A stretch of DNA of 58,018 nt, the filler included, from Sphacelaria rigidula (Eukaryota): the NCBI GenBank assembly GCA_964200075.2. It is 5 parts of 5 records of this genome, joined end to end, with 100 filler letters (N's around TTAATTAATTAA, not from the genome) between each part and the next. Parts side by side here need not be neighbours in the genome. Positions count along the whole stretch, not along the records: positions 46,498 to 58,018 come from CAXNAA020004834.1; 4 more parts are not named here. One strand, written 5' to 3'. Each line of letters starts with the position of its first letter. Positions within the stretch are counted from its first letter, which is position 1. The notes below the pieces were generated by a model. It was given only the letters and a program-made list of their open reading frames with translations. It was not told the origin of the DNA and did no database searches. The translations under genes and the position numbers were made by a program. This document shows, in pieces, positions 51,472 to 58,018 of this stretch.

Positions 51472-54400
51472 GTCATGTCCTGTTTGTTGGAGTGTGGCTG
51501 GGATGTTCTTCTTTCCGACAGCGATGCCATATGGTTAAAAGACCCAATCAAAGATCTGAGCCAGATCGAGGGCGACATCGTCACTTCGAGGGCGACATGG
51601 CCCGCAAGATTCGGGGATCCTATGTTCGGGGTTACGGCATGTATGGGGTTCATCTTGTTCCGCGCGGGCGGAGAAGGCATGGCCAAGTTTCAGCGGATTA
51701 TAAACGATTTCATGATGGAGACGAAAAACGATCAGGTATGGGCACTGCTGGAGTCATATACTTGGCACCATGATCAGGCGGACCTAACTACAACATGAGT
51801 TGGCAGTACATTGACGGTGGTGTATATGTACCCGTGATGCCGCAATAGCCCGGCCCCTGAACCAACCTCGAACCGGGTCTGGCGAAACCCCGGCGTGCGC
51901 CGTCCCGAGTTTGCAGAGATGCGAGGTCAGCGACTCGTGTCATGACTGCGGTATGCAAGGCCATGAGTACCCCCCCCCCTCCCCTTGACCAGCTCCAAAA
52001 CTGTCACAAAGATTACGATCATGCAGTACATTGTGTTGTCGTGTTTCAGTCTACATGAAGCATCTCATGTGGGCGACTCTGGCGAAAATAATCTCAAGCG
52101 TGTGGGTTCCCAGCTGCTCGGTATGCTCGGCGTTTGTCATGATAATTTGAAGGTAGGTTTTAGAGCCATGCAACGATAGCGGGAGGGGGAGGGAAGGGGG
52201 GGAGGTGGGGGAGGGAAGATTCCACGAAGAATAGGGCTCTTAGGTGTGTCAGAAGACAAAATACACTCGCGGTGCGCTTGTATTTCGGTAAAAATTGTGT
52301 CAATTGGTATGCATGAGCGTTCTTCATCGGTAATAGGGGCATTCGAAGATACTTTCTACGATAATCCCCCAACAAAACATGGCTGGTTTGGGGAGGAAAT
52401 ACCTACACGTAAATCGAAATGAAAAAACCGGGCACAAAGAGCAGTTGGAGATTTCAACGTTTGGGTTCGTTTTTGCTCATGTCGCCTACATGAAGCGCTT
52501 CACGCAGCTTGAAACCAAACATCAGGCGCTGTATGACCATTTGTGACAGTTTTGGGCTGTTTCTGGGGTTGGCGTTACCTACCGTAGAAAGACTCCGGCT
52601 AAGGTCCGTTGCTGTTTCAATTTAACGATTTGAAGTTGAGTTTCGTGGAGGAAAGAACTTATTTGCCCTCCCCCCCCCCCACTTCCACCGTGGCATGACT
52701 CCTCACCTCCACAAATCTGCCATTTTGGGTGGGGAGGCCATCGCAGCGTCAGTCGTACGTCGGCTTCGCGCTCGGGGCGAGTCCGTTCGACACGAGCGGC
52801 CGCTGGTACTGTACACGTTGTGCCCATCAGAAGCATCCTCAGGTTATCAGCGAGTTTAATAGTGCTCGTAAAGCGTGAACTGGGGGGTACAAAATGCGTG
52901 TCGCAGCATAAAGGCGGGCTTACGACGGCTGCACGACTTGGCAACCTGTGCGATGCAACCCGATTCATGCTGTGCTCAGATCATGAAACTCATCCATAAA
53001 CAGACGATTCTATAAAATGAAGGTGTACGATGAAATGAGGTTCAAGCCCGAAACAGTGCTTTCCCTACACTTACAGCCATGGTGCCCAATAACTTTTTGT
53101 CGTCCTAATGCCCCTCGATTCAGTAGATACTTTCTCGGCGCATTTTTCCGACGCTGTGAGCTTACAGCGCTGACCAAAACCGTAATTTTCCCTGATGTTT
53201 TAGGGGGGCGATGTCAGGGGAACGACGGTTTCGGTCAGCGCTGTAAATTCACAGAGTTGGAAAAATATGCTGAAGAGGTATCTACGCAATCGAGGGGCAC
53301 TAGGCCGGTAAAAACGTCACCGGCCAGCATCGTTGAAAGTGTGGGAAATCCCTGTTTTTGGCTTGAACCTTATTCCATCGTACAACTTCATTTTAGATAA
53401 GTATTGTCTCTTCGTAGCGTACCATAACTCAGAGGCCCTCTCAGGTCCGAATGCCGTGTACCAACGGCCACCCGTCATGCAGCCCCAAAAGGTGAGGATA
53501 TCAGACGTGTCTACTCTGCAGAAATGTAGTCACATTGATTTAAGTGCAGTACGGATGAGTATGTTTCCACAATGGCGCTCCAATACCATGCTCTAGTACC
53601 AACGCAAGCAAGCATCGTTTGTATTGATCGCTGTGATTTGGAACAGGTGTCGGTAAACATGGCCATTGCCGACCTCAGGCCCATGTACGACTACAATATG
53701 ATTACGAGCGACATGAGGTTTCAGGTATGATCCCTCGATCATGACTTTGTTAGAAGACAGGATTCTCGACGTTGAGTTCGCGGCAAACGTTAGCGGAGGT
53801 TAAATGAAAATTGCTGTCCGGAAAATATCTCGCGGGTACTTCAGTTGAGAGCAAAATGTCGAAACATTGGTTAGGAGCGTCGCCGTAGCCCGAATTGCAG
53901 AATCTTGGCTGACGTGGATGCGTCCGGCCTCGAGTTTCGTAGGGTTTCTTGCGTTTTCGGGGATACCACATCCATCAGGGTATAGTTTCTACTGGAATAT
54001 CTGTACGGGATATTAATGCGCATCTGAGATTTCCATCTGGGACATAATATTCACCTAGGATTGCCTTTGGGATGACACTTTGTACGATAGCCCCTCCCAA
54101 ACAATTGGCTGGTTTGGGGAGGCAAAATCTTCACGTGAATCGAAATGAAAATAGCCGAGCACAACGGGCAGCTGAGAATCTCCAAGGTTGGATTCGTTTC
54201 CCGCCATGTCGCTCATATGAAGCGCTTCATGCAGCCTGAAGCCAAACATCAGACGCTGTATGGCCATTTCGTTCGTCCCAGTTTCGGGCTGGTTTTGGAA
54301 AGGGGCTGTCGTGGAAAGTGTCGTATATCCAATCCATTGGGGATACCCATATCGGATGTGAAAATTCACCTTGGACATTGATCTGACTTTTCCCCTGAGA

Positions 54401-57023
54401 GAGTCGCCTGGACAAATCATCTGAGACATGTAATCTCCATTTATGGTGTCCACTAGGGACGTCTATCTGGGATATCCATCTAGAATGCCCACCTGGGGAG
54501 TCGGTTTCATCTGGGATACCCGTGAGGAATCTAGAACGTTCTATTTATGACGTTCACATGAGATAACATATTTGTGAGATTCATCATTATGCATCCTCGT
54601 TTTCGATGGTGTCGACTTGAACGGTGGGGTACGGCCAATGCACGTTTTACAAAAGTTGAAACCTGCACTTGTGCGAACAGCATGCCGCGTCTCTTTTTTT
54701 AACCCGAGAGAATGAGGTCAGTTGACTGCATCCTACAACACTTTTTATGGAGACTATGGAACCCAATGATATCAAATCGTGTCAAGAGACTGATTTTGAA
54801 GAGGCTGTTGTAACCTTGCCGATTTTTGTCGAATCGACGAAGTAAAAACGACATATTATTGCAACTCGTGAGAGCTTCAAACTTTATACGGGGTGCAACG
54901 GCTGTACAGTTCGTCCTTCGCATCAGCTATTGAACGAAGGAAATGGTCTGAGATCTGAAATATAGAAATCAAGACACGAAACTCACGAATTTGTCTTTGT
55001 GTGATGTTCATCCCGGATATTGCTCCGGAATATCCATTAATGGTGTCCATCTGGGACGCCCACTGGGCTTGTCGGGATCTTCATGTGGGGACGGATATTT
55101 GAGATGTTCATCTGAAATATCAAGTCATCGAGAGTTGTTAGTTATAATATCGGGAAACCAAGACATATATGCAGTATTGATATCCCAGATAAAGGCCTCG
55201 GTGTATATACGAGATGGATACCCCGGATGAACATCCCAGAGAGACTCACACGAATGTCCTACGCGAGTATTCGACGTGAGCGTTGGTATTGCAGACGATT
55301 ATTTCAGGTGAATACCCACATCCCAGGCAGGTATCCGTGAAAAACCAGATATTACATACAGATGTCTCAGATGGACGTCTACATATAAAATGGATGTCCA
55401 CATCCCAGACGGAGGCCTGTAGTTTGTGTGGCGGAATGTCTTGGTGGAGCTTCGGGAACGACTTCGGGGAAACGTGCTGCTTCAACCTGCTACCATTGGC
55501 AGCCATACAAGTTGTGACCCGATTATATGTACGTGTTAACATTGAAACAGCCGTCAACGCGAACGTACGACACATGAACCGTTCCAATCGTTGACCACGA
55601 TCTCCCCAGTCATATCGGTAAATTTCATGCGCGCACACGGGTGACCACTAGTACACTTTATACCGTACGTGAAGGAGTCATGCCAAGGTAGGGGGTGAAG
55701 ATTTGGGTCCAGAATTTTCTCAGTGGCGAAGTTTTGAAGTTATGAGCTACACAAGAATGCTGACTGGAAAACTCCCCACTTCGAAATCTATTCGAGATAT
55801 CCGTCGCCGGTTGAAATGCGAATCGTGACATGTTCTGGAATTTATCGTAGGTCACTTTTGAGTTGAGATGAATGACTCCCCACAATTTACACCCGAGATT
55901 GTTCAGTACAACCCTACCATGGCATCACTCTAGGAAAGATTCAGGTGCATCAGATCCGCGAATACACAATGGGGTAGGTCGTTATGCAAGTTAAAAGAGT
56001 GTAATGACCCCGGGTTGCGTAGAGTGCACGGCTATAACGGGGTTGGGTTAAGGGACGTTCAGAGATCCATCGCTGATGTTTGATGTAAAAGTGATCATTG
56101 TCAACACTGACCTTAAGTAGTCTTATGTTGTCACTGAATCGGGGCAGTTTGGGATCGGCACCTAAATCAAGCGATTTGATGACCCGCTCAAGTCGAGCAT
56201 TTTATCGTGTTGACATCGAACCCTTGATACTAAGCTGAGATGATCTTACATCCTTATCGAATCCAATACGTTGTATTTCACACCATACTCGAATACGTCG
56301 ATGACAACGCGCCATCGTCATACGAGCACATTTTAGACTTGTTGGCGATATGGACCGTCACGGCTGAGTCTGTATGCCGAAATTCAAAACGTCTGTGGCT
56401 AAGTGCCCATCAAAATAGCCAAAATTTCATGTCGTTTAGTGTCTCACCGGAATATCTTCAAAACATCGGGTGTGACGTAAAGCTTGCCCTCAAGGCGATA
56501 CTCGATACCCTCCACGACCATATAATGGACATCAAGTCCCGCGGGTCGCAGGCATGTACCCATTTGGCGGCTCGACAACTAATCGCGTCAGGACGGGTAG
56601 TTTGTCTGTAAAACCTACTGCTTAAAAGGTTCTGCTACTGAGCGGAGGTCATAGGCTCATATATGCATATATAACGTACCTGCAAGGTACCAAGGTTCCA
56701 CCCGTTCACTTTCAAACCGCATGTTTCCCATATTTGGTTGATATCTTCACGATCATCTCCTTTCCGCTCTTCGTTTCCCCCAAAATGCCGCCGCTTGATT
56801 AACTTTTGTACAGGAAAGCACAGCAACCGGACAATGTATACTGAATGCTTTGCCAGGAACATTCCGCGTCACCTTCTTGCCGCACAGCGTCTACACGCGA
56901 TCCTGCAGGGATGTGCCGATTAGCAACTATACGATTGTTGGCCACTGCAATTACGGGGTCTCTCCCAAACGTAGACATGTGCGCATGAAATTTGCAGGAA
57001 CTTGGCATGAAATCACTGAGTAA
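51472..57023 (+). CDS. Nucleotide-diphospho-sugar transferase (Nucleotid_trans / GT77-like GT-A glycosyltransferase), 5'-incomplete
   Basis: Phase-0 exons 51472-51735 (CLLECGWDVLLSDSDAIWLKDP with a DxD motif; ACMGFILFR; ends in NDQ), 53647-53724 (VSVNMAIADL..., completing the DQxxxN motif) and 56814-57023 (FLPHSVYTRSC...IVGHCNYG...KFAGTWHEITE*). Confidence 0.87.
51862..51985 (+). mobile_element. Divergent LINE-like 3'-end fragment with a C run
   Basis: GCGCCGTCCCGAG...GATGCGAGGTCAGCG...ATGACT...GCAAG...TGAGTACCCCCCCCCCTCCCC; same terminal layout as the other LINE ends. Confidence 0.55.
52163..52701. mobile_element. MITE family A with MITE family B nested at 52348-52595
   Basis: Outer termini GAGCCATGCAACGATAG-G run and C run-CCGTGGCATGACTC; inner GATACTTTCTACGATAATCCCC...CTACCGTAGAAAGACTC. 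Confidence 0.72.
53009..53399. mobile_element. Fold-back MITE (~390 bp)
   Basis: Arms are complementary nearly to the centre; a second copy starts at ~23090 and is cut by the contig end at 23151. Confidence 0.8.
54074..54322. mobile_element. MITE family B
   Basis: Termini GACACTTTGTACGATAGCCCCT and AGGGGCTGTCGTGGAAAGTGTC; body matches 52348-52595, 1-69 (-) and 51985-52110 (-). Confidence 0.8.
55700..56610 (+). mobile_element. Highly decayed Ty1/Copia-like remnant inside the GT77 intron
   Basis: Degenerate motifs in Copia order: an integrase-like stretch (~55710-55830), FDVKVIIVNTDLK*SY (cf. MDVKTAFLNGDL and LKKSLY), ILEYVDD, and an RNase-H-like AARQLIASGRVVCL. Confidence 0.4.
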
Positions 57024-57139
57024 TAGTCTGGACGAACGCTTCACATTCACTCATTTGAATGGTTGGCACACTTCGCTTGGTGAGTTACACCAGCAATCGT
57101 TAAGGTTTTGCTTAGCATACAACTTTTGTTATTGTTACG

Positions 57140-57310
57140 AGTTGGTTTGCTATGTCGTTCTGTTCCATTTTTTTTTTCTCTCCTGTTCCTTCTTTTCTTC
57201 AGAGCGTGTTGCAGTTTTGGTTTTCTTGCTACGTCTATCATGAGACCACGGCTGGACCCCTGGGGAGTCAGTTAAAGTGCGACAATCAATCAATCAATCA
57301 ATCAATCAAC
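57140..57310 (+). mobile_element. (CAAT)n-tailed retroposon-like repeat
   Basis: GGGGAGTCAGTTAAAGTGCGACAATCAATCAATCAATCAATCAA. Confidence 0.75.
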
Positions 57311-58018
57311 AACTAACGGAAGTAGAATTCTTCAGGCCGAAAAAGCCTGTGACGATCCGACACAACAACAGTATTCTCGAGGTAGACGTGGCAAGCTCTA
57401 TGTTACGCCATATGATGAATGCGCAATGGTTGTGCTGCGTAGTTGAATATACTACCAACGATATCAGATGGCTGTAAGCTTGTGAAACTTGGATGTAACT
57501 GTTTCAACCTCCTGTTGAGATCAAGGCGAAGACACTCGGCGAGTTGTGGTGGACAACGTACCCCACCTCGGATGCTGCAGATGGGTAATGAAGAAAATCA
57601 CCCTGAGTAAACCTCTGCTATATCACGTCTGTCAAGACTAACTCGTCAGCAGGAGGTTGAAGCAAAAGTTACAATCCGCTTGGATGTAGAGTCTCAAAAG
57701 AAACAGGGCTGCTCATCGTTCAAGAGTGATCACAGCTCGGGCTCGCCCCCACCGGGCTTAGGCTTCACAGCAAGGGTCATCATCCACAGGATGCCCTTGT
57801 CCCCTGGTCATCATCCAGGATCCTACACATGCTACATCTACTACGCCTTGATGTATTTTGGCTACAGCACCTCCAAAGCGAGTTCAAGACAAACGAACGA
57901 GCTTGACAACCAACACAAACCAAGGCGAATTCGCATGCTCCAAATCACAAAGGAATGCCATACTCCGACGCTGATTGACTTGTCAGCGCCCGAGTCATCC
58001 TCAGTTTAGGCAATTCCT

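Noticed and set aside
5033..57023. Functional cluster of the dsRBD, Cys-rich, lipase and glycosyltransferase genes
   Set aside because: The four genes lie on different concatenated contigs.

Overview
Eukaryotic, intron-rich and repeat-rich DNA. GT-AG introns of 0.1-3.2 kb and the gene and repeat content suggest a brown alga or similar stramenopile (inference). The window is not one locus. It is five contigs of 11526, 11525, 11523, 11523 and 11521 bp joined by identical 100-bp N44-TTAATTAATTAA-N44 spacers, so cross-contig neighbourhood means nothing. Four 5'-incomplete multi-exon genes can be rebuilt from phase-compatible splice sites: a dsRBD plus coiled-coil protein, a tandem Cys/His-rich domain protein of unknown function, a class-3 (DAGL-like) lipase and a GT77-like nucleotide-diphospho-sugar transferase. 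The rest is largely transposon-derived: decayed LINEs, DIRS-like and Copia-like remnants, tRNA-derived SINEs, many fold-back MITEs and a ~61-bp minisatellite. The most unusual pattern is a LINE family whose ORF2 stop is followed almost at once by a poly(C) run. Its copies sit in C/G runs, including the G-run of a MITE terminal repeat. I found no CRISPR array, no intact tRNA or rRNA gene, and no operon-like system.
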